Shown: positions 16,833-29,871 of the stretch, piece by piece
Layout of the letters: each line of letters starts with the position of its first letter
Position numbering within the stretch: the stretch's first letter is position 1
Assembly: GCA_902800025.1 (NCBI GenBank)
Contig: CADCDA010000004.1
Span: 51,365 to 115,364 of the forward strand
DNA: 64,000 nucleotides
Direction of reading: 5' to 3'
Source: an uncultured Erysipelotrichaceae bacterium
Lineage (GTDB): Bacteria > Bacillota_I > Bacilli_A > RFN20 > CAG-826
Translations under genes and position numbers: made by a program
The notes under the pieces: model-generated
What the model saw: only the letters and a program-made list of their open reading frames with translations
Databases searched by the model: none
Told to the model about the DNA's origin: nothing

Positions 16833-18131
16833 TTATTTCTTAACTGGTTTAAGAACTTTAATTCCACCCATAAATGGTTGTAACACTTCTGGGACTAAAA
16901 CGCTTCCATCTTCTTGTTGATATTGTTCTAATATCGCTGGGAAGATACGAGAAGTAGCTAAACCAGATGCATTAAGTGTATGGACGAATCTTGTTTTTCC
17001 AGTTGCGGAATCTCTATATCTACATTTGCCTCTACGTGCTTGATAATCACGTGCGTTACTTGCAGATGAAACTTCTTTATAGATTCCAATACTTGGAATA
17101 TAAACTTCGATATCATAAGTTCTCGCCATTGAGTGGGAAATATCACCAGCGGCTAACTTAGAAATTTGGAAGTGAAGTCCAAGTTTTTCGACTAATGATG
17201 CAGCTTTATTAACTAATTCTTCAAAAGCTTTATCACTATCTTCTGGTTTAGTGTATTGAACCATTTCGACTTTGTCGAATTGATATCCACGAATCATGCC
17301 TCTTTCTTCGGTACGATAGCTGCCAGCTTCTCTTCTATAGCATGGAGTATATGCGAAGTATTTCTTTGGAAGATCACTTTCGTTCATAATCTCATCTCTA
17401 TGAAGATTGACTAACGCTGTTTCGGCAGTTGGTAAGAGGAATCTTTGTGGTTCAAGACCTTCAAGCCAGAAAACATCTTCTCTGAATTTCGGGAATTGAC
17501 CAGCAACGTATCCACTTTGCTCGTTTAATAAGTGAGGTGGAAGGATAAATTCATATCCATCTTTTAAGTGCTCTGACATGAAGAAGTTTAAGAGAGCCCA
17601 TTCAAGTCTAGCGCCTAAACCTGTGTAGACCCATGCGCCTCTACCTGCAATCTTAGCGCCACGGTCATAATCAACTAGACCAAGGCTTTCTGCAAGTTCA
17701 ACATGATCCTTGAGTTTGAAGGAGAATTCTGGTTTTTTGCCAACGACCTTAATGACCTTGTTATTTTCCTTACCGCCACCGACTAAATCATCATCAGGAA
17801 TGTTTGGTAAAGCGGCTAAGAAATCGTTCATTTTTGCGTCAATTTCTTGTAATTTCTCTTCAAATTCCTTATTTTTTGCTGCGATATCTTTTACTTGAGC
17901 AAAAATCTTACTGACATCTTCACCAGCTTTTTTTGCGGCTGGAACAGAGGCTGATAATTTGTTCATTTCAGCCTTGTTTGATTCGACGACTTGCATGAGT
18001 TCGCGTTTCTCTTTATCCCAAGAAAGGAATTCAGTGAAATCGGCGTCCCATAATTTCTTTTTAAGAGCCTCTTTTACATATTCAGGCTTTTCTCTGATTA
18101 AATTAATATCAATCATAATTTTATTTTCCAA
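16833..18131 (-). CDS. serS: Seryl-tRNA synthetase
   Basis: 432 aa. N-terminal coiled-coil arm (IDINLIREKPEYVKEAL) and class II motifs (YTPCYRREAGS; GLATSRIFPAILE). Confidence 0.9.
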   Translation of the reverse strand: MENKIMIDINLIREKPEYVKEALKKKLWDADFTEFLSWDKEKRELMQVVESNKAEMNKLSASVPAAKKAGEDVSKIFAQVKDIAAKNKEFEEKLQEIDAKMNDFLAALPNIPDDDLVGGGKENNKVIKVVGKKPEFSFKLKDHVELAESLGLVDYDRGAKIAGRGAWVYTGLGARLEWALLNFFMSEHLKDGYEFILPPHLLNEQSGYVAGQFPKFREDVFWLEGLEPQRFLLPTAETALVNLHRDEIMNESDLPKKYFAYTPCYRREAGSYRTEERGMIRGYQFDKVEMVQYTKPEDSDKAFEELVNKAASLVEKLGLHFQISKLAAGDISHSMARTYDIEVYIPSIGIYKEVSSASNARDYQARRGKCRYRDSATGKTRFVHTLNASGLATSRIFPAILEQYQQEDGSVLVPEVLQPFMGGIKVLKPVKK

Positions 18132-18173
18132 TCTATAAAATCTTAAGATTATATAATCTCAAATTGAGGTTAA

Positions 18174-20807
18174 TTATTCTTCGCTATCGTTTTGTGGTAA
18201 AGCGGTATCGACTTCTGGTTCTTGACCTTCAGTTGCTTCTTCAAAATCTTCTTCTTCAGGAGCGTTTTCGTCGATTTCTTCATGTGGAACGATCGCGATA
18301 GAAACAATTCTTTGACGTCCTTCAAGGTTCATGACTTTAACACCAGATGTGTTACGTCCACAAATTCTAATTTGATTAAGTGGAGTTCTAATAACAATAC
18401 CAGCGTTAGTAATGCACATTAAGTCGTCTTCTAAATTAATCGCTCTAACAGCAATTAAGTCACCAACTTTATCTGTGGCCTTTAAGGTTGTAACACCTTT
18501 TGCGCCTCTTTTGGTAATACGGTACATTAATGTTCCATCTTCATCTAAGACAGGAGTGAGTTTTCCGAAGCCTTTAGAGGTCATTGCTAAGATGTGTTGT
18601 CCTTCTAATGATGTGGTAACACCGACGACTTCTTCGTTTTCGCCGAGTTCAATACCTTTAACACCACTAGCGGTTCTGCCCATTGGTCTAACTTCGCTAC
18701 ATGGGAAGTTAACCATCTTGCTATTATTAGCAGCAATACCAATAATTGTGTCTTCTTCAACTTCTTTAACAGCGAATAATGTATCGCCTTCTCTTAATGA
18801 GATAGCAATCTTACCGTTTTGACGGATTGATTCATATTCACTAATGAGTGTCTTTTTAACAACACCTTGTTTAGTGAAGAACATTAAGTAGTGATCTTCT
18901 GCGTATTCATCGCAAGCGATGATAGCCTTAACGTTTTCGCCTTTTTCGATGTTAATTAAGTTAATAATTGGGACACCTTTACTTGCTTTAGAGAATTCTG
19001 GAATCATATAACCTCTGATACGGTACACTTTTCCAAAGTCTGTAAAGAAGAGTAAGTCGGTATGTGTTTTGGTATAAACCATATTTTCAACGATATCATT
19101 TTCGTTGGTGGACATACCTCTTACACCTCTACCACCTCTATGTTGTGCACGGAAAGAATCGGATGTTAATCTCTTAACATATCCACCTCTTGTAATTGCA
19201 ACAACGATATTTTCTTGTGGAATGAGGTCTTCATCATCGATGTTAGCAACGTCATTAGTGATTTCAGTTCTACGCTCATCCGCGTATTTCTCTTTAATTT
19301 CTAATAATTCTTTAACAACGACTTCGATTTCATTTTCTCTACTTGAAAGAATGTGGTTGTATTCAGCAATATTAACTTCGAGTTGTGCTTTTTCAGCTTC
19401 AAGTTTGTCTTCTTCGATTCCAGTTAATCTTCTTAAAGTCATCGCTAAGATAGCTTGAACTTGTGCTTCAGAGAAATCGTACTTTTCCATTAATTGGGTA
19501 GTTGCATCTTCTGGAGTCTTACTTGATTTGATGATATCTACGATTTCATCAATGTTATCATGACATTTAATTAAGCCAGTAACGATATGATGTCTGTCTT
19601 CATCTTTTCTAAGTAAGAACTTTGTTCTTCTTTCGATAACTTCAACTTGGAAATCAAGATAAGTTTGAAGTAAAACGTTGAGTGGAGCAATTTTTGGTGC
19701 ACCATCAATTAAGCAAAGCATAATAATTCCATAACTTGTTTGTAAGGAAGTATTTTTGAATAATTGATTGAGTAAAACTTCAGGAATGATATCTCTACGA
19801 ACTTCGATAACGATACGTGTTCCTTTTTTGTTTGTTTCATCTCTAACTTCAGTAATGCCATCAACAATTTTATCTCTTGCTAATGAAGCGATGCTTTCAA
19901 CAAGTGTTGCTTTGTTAATTCCATAAGGAATTTCATCGACAACAATTCTCTTTAATCCGTGTTCGCCTCTTTCTTCGATATGGCATTTTGATCTAATAGC
20001 GATGCTACCAGTACCAGTTTCATATGCATCTTTGATGCCGCTGCGTCCTAAAATAAGAGCACCAGTTGGGAAATCTGGACCTTTAACATATTGCATTAAA
20101 TCTAAAGTGGAGATTTCTGGATTTCTCGCAATTGCGATAACACCATCAATAACTTCGCCCAAATTGTGTGGTGGAATGTTGGTAGCCATACCAACAGCGA
20201 TACCACTTGATCCGTTAACTAATAAGTTAGGGAATCTGGAAGGTAAAACGCTTGGTTCTTGTTCACTACCATCATAGTTGTCGACAAAGTCGACTGTATC
20301 ACAGTTGATGTCTCTGACCATTTCAAGAGCGATTCTGGTCATTCTACTTTCTGTATAACGCATAGCCGCTGGTTCATCACCATCGATACTACCGAAGTTA
20401 CCATGTCCATCAACTAAGCAGTGTCTCATATTCCAATCTTGAGCAAATCTTGCTAAAGATAAATAAATAGCGGAGTCACCGTGTGGGTGATATTTACCCA
20501 TAACGTCACCGACAATTCTTGCGGATTTGACGTGTGGTTTATCTGGGGTAATTCCTGATTCGTTCATTCCGAAAATAATACGTCTATGAACAGGTTTTAG
20601 GCCGTCTCTTGCGTCAGGAATGGCACGAGAGACGATAACACTCATCGCATAATCAAGGAAGGATTCTTTGACAATATCGGTTGTGTTGACATCAGTTAAG
20701 CCAGCAACAATACCAGCTTCAATTGTTTTTTCGTCTTGAGCGTTTTCTTCAGTTTCTTCTTCAGATTCTTCAGCTTCGTTTTCAATCTTTTCTTCTTCGA
20801 ACAACAT
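18174..20807 (-). CDS. gyrA: DNA gyrase subunit A
   Basis: 877 aa. Contains SFLDYAMSVIVSRAIPDARDGLKPVHRR, the active-site region AAMRYTE and C-terminal beta-pinwheel repeats. An AAGGAGG SD lies upstream of the M1 start. The termini are acidic at both N- and C-ends. Confidence 0.95.
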   Translation of the reverse strand: MLFEEEKIENEAEESEEETEENAQDEKTIEAGIVAGLTDVNTTDIVKESFLDYAMSVIVSRAIPDARDGLKPVHRRIIFGMNESGITPDKPHVKSARIVGDVMGKYHPHGDSAIYLSLARFAQDWNMRHCLVDGHGNFGSIDGDEPAAMRYTESRMTRIALEMVRDINCDTVDFVDNYDGSEQEPSVLPSRFPNLLVNGSSGIAVGMATNIPPHNLGEVIDGVIAIARNPEISTLDLMQYVKGPDFPTGALILGRSGIKDAYETGTGSIAIRSKCHIEERGEHGLKRIVVDEIPYGINKATLVESIASLARDKIVDGITEVRDETNKKGTRIVIEVRRDIIPEVLLNQLFKNTSLQTSYGIIMLCLIDGAPKIAPLNVLLQTYLDFQVEVIERRTKFLLRKDEDRHHIVTGLIKCHDNIDEIVDIIKSSKTPEDATTQLMEKYDFSEAQVQAILAMTLRRLTGIEEDKLEAEKAQLEVNIAEYNHILSSRENEIEVVVKELLEIKEKYADERRTEITNDVANIDDEDLIPQENIVVAITRGGYVKRLTSDSFRAQHRGGRGVRGMSTNENDIVENMVYTKTHTDLLFFTDFGKVYRIRGYMIPEFSKASKGVPIINLINIEKGENVKAIIACDEYAEDHYLMFFTKQGVVKKTLISEYESIRQNGKIAISLREGDTLFAVKEVEEDTIIGIAANNSKMVNFPCSEVRPMGRTASGVKGIELGENEEVVGVTTSLEGQHILAMTSKGFGKLTPVLDEDGTLMYRITKRGAKGVTTLKATDKVGDLIAVRAINLEDDLMCITNAGIVIRTPLNQIRICGRNTSGVKVMNLEGRQRIVSIAIVPHEEIDENAPEEEDFEEATEGQEPEVDTALPQNDSEE

Positions 20808-20825
20808 TATCTATACCTCCTTTGA

Positions 20826-23952
<3,127 letters not shown>

Positions 23953-23953
23953 C

Positions 23954-24172
23954 TTACTTAATCACGAATTCCGCATTTTCGGCTTTGATGATATCGCCAC
24001 GATATAATTTACGACCTCTGCGATCTTCTTTTTCTCCGTTGACGTATACATCGTTTTCCGCTAAGTAGATTTTAGCCATGCCACCAGTTGAAATAATGCC
24101 CGTAATTTTCAAAAGAACGTTCAACGTGATAAATTCTTCATCTTTACGTATTTTTACTTCTCTAATGGCCAT
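23954..24172 (-). CDS. yaaA: S4-domain RNA-binding protein YaaA
   Basis: 72 aa, with S4-like LKITGIISTGGMAKIYL...VYVNGEKEDRRGRKL. It sits in the conserved position between dnaN and recF. Confidence 0.75.
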   Translation of the reverse strand: MAIREVKIRKDEEFITLNVLLKITGIISTGGMAKIYLAENDVYVNGEKEDRRGRKLYRGDIIKAENAEFVIK

Positions 24173-24302
24173 TTAAACGCATCCTGAGGGTATTATACAC
24201 GATATAATCACAAAATGGAATAATATATTCCATAAATTGTTATAGAAAATAAATAGCAATAATGATGTACCAAAAATGGTGTTTTGGCACCTAAAACACA
24301 AA

Positions 24303-24325
24303 GAAAAAAGCACCATTAAGGTGCT
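24303..24325 (-). terminator. Rho-independent terminator after dnaN
   Basis: Minus-strand hairpin agcacc-ttaat-ggtgct followed by TTTTTT. Confidence 0.65.
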
Positions 24326-24346
24326 CTATTCTATATGGGAATTTCT

Positions 24347-25471
24347 TTAATAAGTTCTCACTGGTGTGACGATTTGAATGATGGATTCGTCGTTTGGATT
24401 TTTGATAACAAATGGCTTCATTTCTCCAACAAATAAGAAGGTCACATCTTCGCTTCCGAGAGCCTTAATTGCAGAGGAAACAAATTCACTGTTGAATGAG
24501 ATTTGTAGGTTGTTTCCTTCAAACTTGAATGTTTCGATTCTTTCGCTAGCGGAACCAACTTGTGTAGATTTAGCACTGATTTCAACAGCATCTTCATTAA
24601 GAGATAAATCAACAACATTTTCTCTATCGATAGAAAGAATATTGACTCTGTCAATGGCTTTTAAGATGTCAGAAGCATTAACTTCAAGCGCATAGTTTGT
24701 AATGCGTGGAACAATGTTTTTGGTATTTGGATATTCACCAGCGATTAATCTAGTCGCTACAACGGTATTTTCAAACTCAAATAAGGCTTTCTTATCACTT
24801 AAAGCAATTTTAAGAGAATCTGCGTTTTCAATTAAGTGATCGATTTCCACCATCATTTTGGCCGGAACATTAGCAGAGAATTGCAAATCAGTGGAAATAC
24901 TAATTTGTTTTCTAGCTAAACGAGCACTATCGGTGGTTGTGGCAGTTAAAACACCATCACTAGCTTCTAAATTAATAGCAGTAAGAATTGGTCTTTGTTC
25001 TTTTAAAGACGCTGCAAAGGCTGTTTGAGATACTAAAGATGAGAATTCTAATCTAGTTAAAGAGATTTGAATACCGGTTGGTTCTAAATCGACATCTGGA
25101 TATTCGTTTGCTCTAATGCAATTTAAGTTATACTTAATCTTTCCGGCAGTAATGACTGCGATTGTAGAATCGATAACTTCAAAACTAATTTCTTCTGAAT
25201 CAATCTTTCTTGCCATATCTGTAATGATCTTTGCGTTAACTAGAGTCGTTCCTTCTTGAACATTTCTAATAATTTCACGATCATTAAGTGAATATGGAAT
25301 ACTTGTTTTGATTGTTAATTCATAGTTGCTTCCTGTAACAGATAATCCTTTTTCATCAAGGTCCAATTTTAAATTAGCTAAAACTGGTACAGCACTGTTT
25401 TTAGAGTTAACAGCTCTTCCTGCTACAAGCAGGGCTTTTAGGAATTCATCTCTTTTAATAATAAATCTCAT
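24347..25471 (-). CDS. dnaN: DNA polymerase III beta sliding clamp
   Basis: 374 aa. The N-terminus MRFIIKRDEFLKALLVAGRAV and C-terminus VTPVRTY match DnaN, and the gene lies immediately downstream of dnaA. Confidence 0.95.
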   Translation of the reverse strand: MRFIIKRDEFLKALLVAGRAVNSKNSAVPVLANLKLDLDEKGLSVTGSNYELTIKTSIPYSLNDREIIRNVQEGTTLVNAKIITDMARKIDSEEISFEVIDSTIAVITAGKIKYNLNCIRANEYPDVDLEPTGIQISLTRLEFSSLVSQTAFAASLKEQRPILTAINLEASDGVLTATTTDSARLARKQISISTDLQFSANVPAKMMVEIDHLIENADSLKIALSDKKALFEFENTVVATRLIAGEYPNTKNIVPRITNYALEVNASDILKAIDRVNILSIDRENVVDLSLNEDAVEISAKSTQVGSASERIETFKFEGNNLQISFNSEFVSSAIKALGSEDVTFLFVGEMKPFVIKNPNDESIIQIVTPVRTY

Positions 25472-25595
25472 AGAAACACCTTCTTTTTTATATTCTATAT
25501 TTGTTAATAATAATTATGTGTGTGGATAATGTGGATAACTCGTGAAGTTCCCTAACAATTTATTCTAACACATGGAATTATTTATTTTTAATAAA
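25472..25595. promoter_or_regulatory. oriC part 2 (dnaA-dnaN spacer) with two tandem perfect DnaA boxes
   Basis: TGTGGATAA at 25521-25529 and at 25530-25538 (reverse complement of TTATCCACA), followed by AT-rich sequence. Confidence 0.7.
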
Positions 25596-26975
25596 TTATT
25601 CTTTTATTTTCTTTTCTAAATCATTTAATGCGGATTGTAGTTGTGGATTAGTTTTCAACTCTTTATCCACTTTGGTAATAGCAGACATAACTGTTGTATG
25701 GTCCTTACCACCGAATAATTCGCCAACTTTTTTAAGTGGAACATCGAGATGCTTTCTAATAAGGTACATCGCTAAATGTCTAGCTAATACAATTTGTCCA
25801 CTTCTATCCTTCCCTGTGATTTGTGATGGAGTTAAATTATAGTAATCTGCAACGATATTAACGATCTTTTGTTCACTTAATTGTGTAGCGATTTTTTTAC
25901 CGCCTTTAATCGAAGAAACTGCTTTAATTGCGACATCCATCGTAATCTTTTCTTCATCTAAAAGATTCAAGCAAGAGAACGCTAATGCATTAACTGCACC
26001 TTCAAGTTCTCTAACATCCTTAGAAAATTTTTCTGCGAGGAAATAAAGGACATTTGAGTCAAATTTTTCAATAGTTAACCCAGAATTAGAAATTTTTTGC
26101 TTCAAGATTTCGACACTCGCATCGATGTCTGGCTCATTAATCTTAACTGTCAATCCTTGCGTAAATCTTGACACCAATCTACTCTCTAAATTACTTATTT
26201 CGTTTGGTTGTCTATCGGATGTAATGATGATTCTTTTTCCTTTGTTGATCATGTCTTGGTAGATGTAGAAGAACATCTCTTCTGTTTTAACCTTCCCAGC
26301 AAGGAACTGGATATCATCTAAAAGTAGCACATCGACGTCTTTGAAGAAGCTTTTTAAGGATTGAGAATCTTTCTCTGCTTTAACGAATTTTATGTATTCT
26401 TCAACGAAGTCATTTGCAGTGATGTAAAGAATCTTTGCGTTAGGCATTCTTGTGTCTTTAATCTCATTACCAATAGCGTGTAAAAGGTGTGTTTTTCCTA
26501 ATCCTGGATGTGAGTAAATGAAGAGAGGGTTGAACATAGTTCCACCATTCTTGGCAACAAATAGTGCAGCTTGATGAGCTTCCTTGTTAAAATCACCAAC
26601 AACAAAGTTTGAAAATCTAAGTTCTGGCTTCACTAATGCATCTGTGAAATACTCATTTTCTTTTTTGAGTATTACTTCCGCTGTTTTCTTATCTTCTCTT
26701 TGCTTATTGAGATCTTCGTTTGAGATAACTTGAATATCAAAGTCCTCATCTTCGAGCTCGTTTAGGACATCAATGATTAATTGGCGGTATTTTTCACCCA
26801 AAACTGCTTTGGCTACTAAGTTAGGAGCGACGATGATTAAATTACTACCACGTTTTTCGTAAATATAAGAATTAGCAAAAAAATAATCGAAGCTTCGATC
26901 ATCATTTAATTTTTGTTGTATTCTCTTTAAGGATTTCTCCCATAATCTAGTAATTTCTGTAATAGTAGTAACCAT
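25596..26975 (-). CDS. dnaA: Chromosomal replication initiator DnaA
   Basis: 459 aa. AAA+ Walker A GLGKTHLLHAIG, Walker B LLLDDIQF, and the domain IV DnaA-box-binding helix (GKDHTTVMSAITKV). Confidence 0.95.
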   Translation of the reverse strand: MVTTITEITRLWEKSLKRIQQKLNDDRSFDYFFANSYIYEKRGSNLIIVAPNLVAKAVLGEKYRQLIIDVLNELEDEDFDIQVISNEDLNKQREDKKTAEVILKKENEYFTDALVKPELRFSNFVVGDFNKEAHQAALFVAKNGGTMFNPLFIYSHPGLGKTHLLHAIGNEIKDTRMPNAKILYITANDFVEEYIKFVKAEKDSQSLKSFFKDVDVLLLDDIQFLAGKVKTEEMFFYIYQDMINKGKRIIITSDRQPNEISNLESRLVSRFTQGLTVKINEPDIDASVEILKQKISNSGLTIEKFDSNVLYFLAEKFSKDVRELEGAVNALAFSCLNLLDEEKITMDVAIKAVSSIKGGKKIATQLSEQKIVNIVADYYNLTPSQITGKDRSGQIVLARHLAMYLIRKHLDVPLKKVGELFGGKDHTTVMSAITKVDKELKTNPQLQSALNDLEKKIKE

Positions 26976-27815
26976 AACTCGCTCTTTTCTTGGTCTAAAT
27001 TATAGAATATTCACACCTTATTTTTAATAAAAAAATGAGCAAAAAAAGTTTTCCACATTATTTAAATGGGAAATTCATATCTACATAGTAGTTTTGAGAA
27101 AAAGTTTTCCACAAAAATTTAATGTGGATAAAAGGTGGATTGTGTGTGAAAAATGTGAAAAAAAGTGGATAGTTTTTGTTGTAGTTTAAGGATATCTATA
27201 TGAATATGCAAAGCATATTCTTATTACACTACAATCTGTGTTTAGTAAAGTATTTATTGATGTGGATAACTATTTTGTGTGGAAAAGTAATCGATTTTGA
27301 ACCATCTAGAATACAACATATTTGTTAATTGTTCGTACATATGCGTATTGTATACACAAACACGAAAAGAAACGTCTAATTATATGCGCTATTTATACAC
27401 ATAATATACATTTTATTCTATATGGGAAATTTGAAATGATACACGGCGAAATTTTTCGTCGTGTATAATATGCGCATTTATCGTATATGTGACTTTTTCA
27501 AAATGCTTAATTTACACATGTTATGCGCATAACGTGGAATACATCTGATAATGGACTGTTTGCATGAAGAAAAATACACAAATATTTATATTTGTGTATA
27601 ACTTGCGCAGATTATATACATTGACTTTCTTTGAAAGTCAATAATTTATATAGATTATACACATATTATACACATGTTTTTGATTTTTGCTGTTTTGTGT
27701 TCGTGCATGCTGGAGTGCGCTCATAAATTTTAGTGCGCATATGCATATTTCTTTGACTTTGGTTTATAAATACATTTATAATGCTTATTGCGTAAATTTT
27801 GGAGGAATACGTATC
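26976..27815. promoter_or_regulatory. oriC part 1 (dnaA-rpmH spacer): DnaA-box clusters, long palindromes, dnaA and rpmH promoters
   Basis: Perfect TTATCCACA-type boxes at 27123-27131 and 27261-27269. TTTTCCACA variants at 27049, 27105 and 27278. Perfect TTATACACA-type boxes (fitting TTATNCACA) at 27393-27401, 27593-27601, 27655-27663 and 27666-27674. Confidence 0.75.
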
Positions 27816-27950
27816 ATGAAAAGAACATATCAACCAAGTAAAGTAAAGCACGCTCACAAAGCAGGTTTCAGAGCGAGAATGAAATCCGCTAATGGCAGAA
27901 AAGTTCTTGCCAGAAGAAGAGCAAAAGGCCGCAAACAATTAACTGCCTAA
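27816..27950 (+). CDS. rpmH: 50S ribosomal protein L34
   Basis: [44 protein letters not shown] (44 aa), with a GGAGG SD at 27801-27805. The longer ORF-track start at 27687 is rejected. Confidence 0.95.
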   Translation: MKRTYQPSKVKHAHKAGFRARMKSANGRKVLARRRAKGRKQLTA

Positions 27951-27981
27951 TTTTTTACTTTATTTCATTTGGGAGTTTTGA

Positions 27982-28317
27982 ATGAAAGTTATCAATCGTA
28001 TTAAAGATCAACGAGAATTTGTTCTTGTTGTAAGAAAAGGCAAAACTCTCAAAGAGACACCCTATTTTGTTCATTATTTAGATAATGGACTTAGTGTTTG
28101 TCGTGTAGGGCTAAGCGTCTCAAAACGTATAGGTAACGCGGTTACCAGAAACAGAATCAAACGACAAGCGCGAGCTATGTGTGACTCGCTAATTGATTAT
28201 TCATCTCACACATTCGATGTTGTTATTGTTATAAAAGCTGATTTTTTAAAGTCAGATTTCGACACTAACAAAAAAATTCTCAACAATTTGTTGAGTAAGA
28301 TAGGAATTACCAAATGA
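27982..28317 (+). CDS. rnpA: Ribonuclease P protein component
   Basis: 111 aa, basic, with the RNR-box-like segment KRIGNAVTRNRIKRQAR, in the conserved position after rpmH. It ends with UGA overlapping the yidC start. Confidence 0.9.
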   Translation: MKVINRIKDQREFVLVVRKGKTLKETPYFVHYLDNGLSVCRVGLSVSKRIGNAVTRNRIKRQARAMCDSLIDYSSHTFDVVIVIKADFLKSDFDTNKKILNNLLSKIGITK

Positions 28318-29852
28318 AAAAAGGAACTAAAATTGGTTTAGGAGTAGGGTTACTTCTTCTTGGAGTAACTGCTGTTTCTAGTTGTACTCAATCTTTCTGT
28401 TCCACTACCGACACTGCCCGTATCATGTATGCTTATGATCCAGGTATCACACATTATGAACAAAATGGTACTGAATCCATCGAAGTAATTGTTGATTCTG
28501 GAAGCAAGTACACTGTTACTAATGTAAAAATCAATGTCGCGCCATGGAACGATGATGAGCAATGTTTTGATTTTGGTCCAGGAGATTATTCCACATCAAA
28601 CCTTGATAACATTATTATTGCTTCAAGAAATGCTGGATATGTTAGTCCAGACAAAAACTCTAGAGAGTATTTTGCTGCCTTGGATGAAGTAGTAATGTAT
28701 AGCATCTTAACCGAAGCTGTTGTTAAGAGTGGTGAAACAAATATTACAAGAGACTTATCTAAAGAAGAAGACTATCGTTTATTCAAAAATGATATTTCTA
28801 AGTATAGTTACATGAAGTATACCACCGCTAATGGCGCACCTATGTGGGACATTTATGACAAATATGATGCAGAAGTTAGAGCGGTAGTCCCAGCGGATTA
28901 TTGCCCAAGTTCTGACTTTGTCAGTTTATACAAATCTCGACTCAATAGTTATGCAAGTGCGTTCCGTACTTGTTTAACAACAAAAGAAGATAAATACGGA
29001 TCCTATGGATACGACTCTTCTGGTGTTTATATTGATGCGAAAGATTGGGGCTATGCATGGGGTAAAGGCTTCTTTGAAGGTTTACTCGTTTATCCAATCG
29101 GTTGGTTAGTTGACCAAATCTGTTCTGGATTTAGAGGTGCAGGCGTATCTGCTGGTGGAGCAGCCTTATTAGGTATTGTGTTTGTTACCATTATCATTAG
29201 ATCAGTAATGCTACTTGCCACTATTAAGCAAACAAGTAGTAACGCTAAGATGACTGAGTTACAACCTGAGATTCAAAAAATTCAAAACAAATATCCAAAT
29301 TCCAACACATCTCAAGCTGAAAAACAACGTATGGCAGAAGAGATGCAAAGACTATATAAGAAGAATAAGATCAATCCATTCTCAAGTATACTTGTGATGA
29401 TTGTTCAATTCCCAGTCTTCATCTGTGTTTGGGGTGCGTTAAGTGGTTCAAGCGCCATTACAAATGGATCTGTTTTAGGACTATCATTATCCCTTGGAAT
29501 TAAAGATGTCCTCTTCAATTCAATTAACTGGGGACCAGCAGGTGGATATTCAGCAGTTACCGCTTTAATGCTCTTTATCCTTATGGGTGTAGCGCAAACA
29601 GTTAGTATGCTTTTACCTCAATGGATTCAAAAAGCAAAAGCAAAGAAAGTTGCTAAATTAGGTAAGAACCCAGCTCAAAAGCAACAAAACACCACAATGA
29701 AAATTTTCACTTACGTCATGCTTGCCATGATTCTAATCATGGGATTCTCGCTTGTCAGTGCTATGGGAATTTACTGGTTTGTCGGAGCGGTTTTCTCAAT
29801 CGGACAAACACTCGTTACCCAACTTATCACAAGCAAAAAGAAAACCAAATAA
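28314..29852 (+). CDS. yidC: Membrane protein insertase YidC, lipoprotein type with an enlarged N-terminal extracytoplasmic domain
   Basis: 512 aa. Signal peptide plus lipobox (LLGVTAVSSC). The C-terminal 60-kDa-IMP core reads MTELQPEIQKIQNKY...EMQRLYKKNKINPFSSILVMIVQFPVFI. About 250 residues lie between the lipobox and the core. Confidence 0.9.
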   Translation: MKKGTKIGLGVGLLLLGVTAVSSCTQSFCSTTDTARIMYAYDPGITHYEQNGTESIEVIVDSGSKYTVTNVKINVAPWNDDEQCFDFGPGDYSTSNLDNIIIASRNAGYVSPDKNSREYFAALDEVVMYSILTEAVVKSGETNITRDLSKEEDYRLFKNDISKYSYMKYTTANGAPMWDIYDKYDAEVRAVVPADYCPSSDFVSLYKSRLNSYASAFRTCLTTKEDKYGSYGYDSSGVYIDAKDWGYAWGKGFFEGLLVYPIGWLVDQICSGFRGAGVSAGGAALLGIVFVTIIIRSVMLLATIKQTSSNAKMTELQPEIQKIQNKYPNSNTSQAEKQRMAEEMQRLYKKNKINPFSSILVMIVQFPVFICVWGALSGSSAITNGSVLGLSLSLGIKDVLFNSINWGPAGGYSAVTALMLFILMGVAQTVSMLLPQWIQKAKAKKVAKLGKNPAQKQQNTTMKIFTYVMLAMILIMGFSLVSAMGIYWFVGAVFSIGQTLVTQLITSKKKTK

Positions 29853-29871
29853 TTAAGGAGAATATATATTT

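Noticed and set aside
18132-18173. Looked for a T-box leader upstream of serS.
   Set aside because: Only 42 bp separate the gyrA stop from the serS start, with no specifier or antiterminator structure, so serS is probably co-transcribed with gyrBA or uses a minimal promoter.
27666-27938. 90-aa minus-strand ORF, and the 43-codon N-terminal extension of the rpmH ORF (27687-27815).
   Set aside because: L34 is a conserved 44-aa protein that starts MKRTYQPS, with a GGAGG SD at 27801. The extra frames lie in the DnaA-box and promoter region and have non-coding-like composition.
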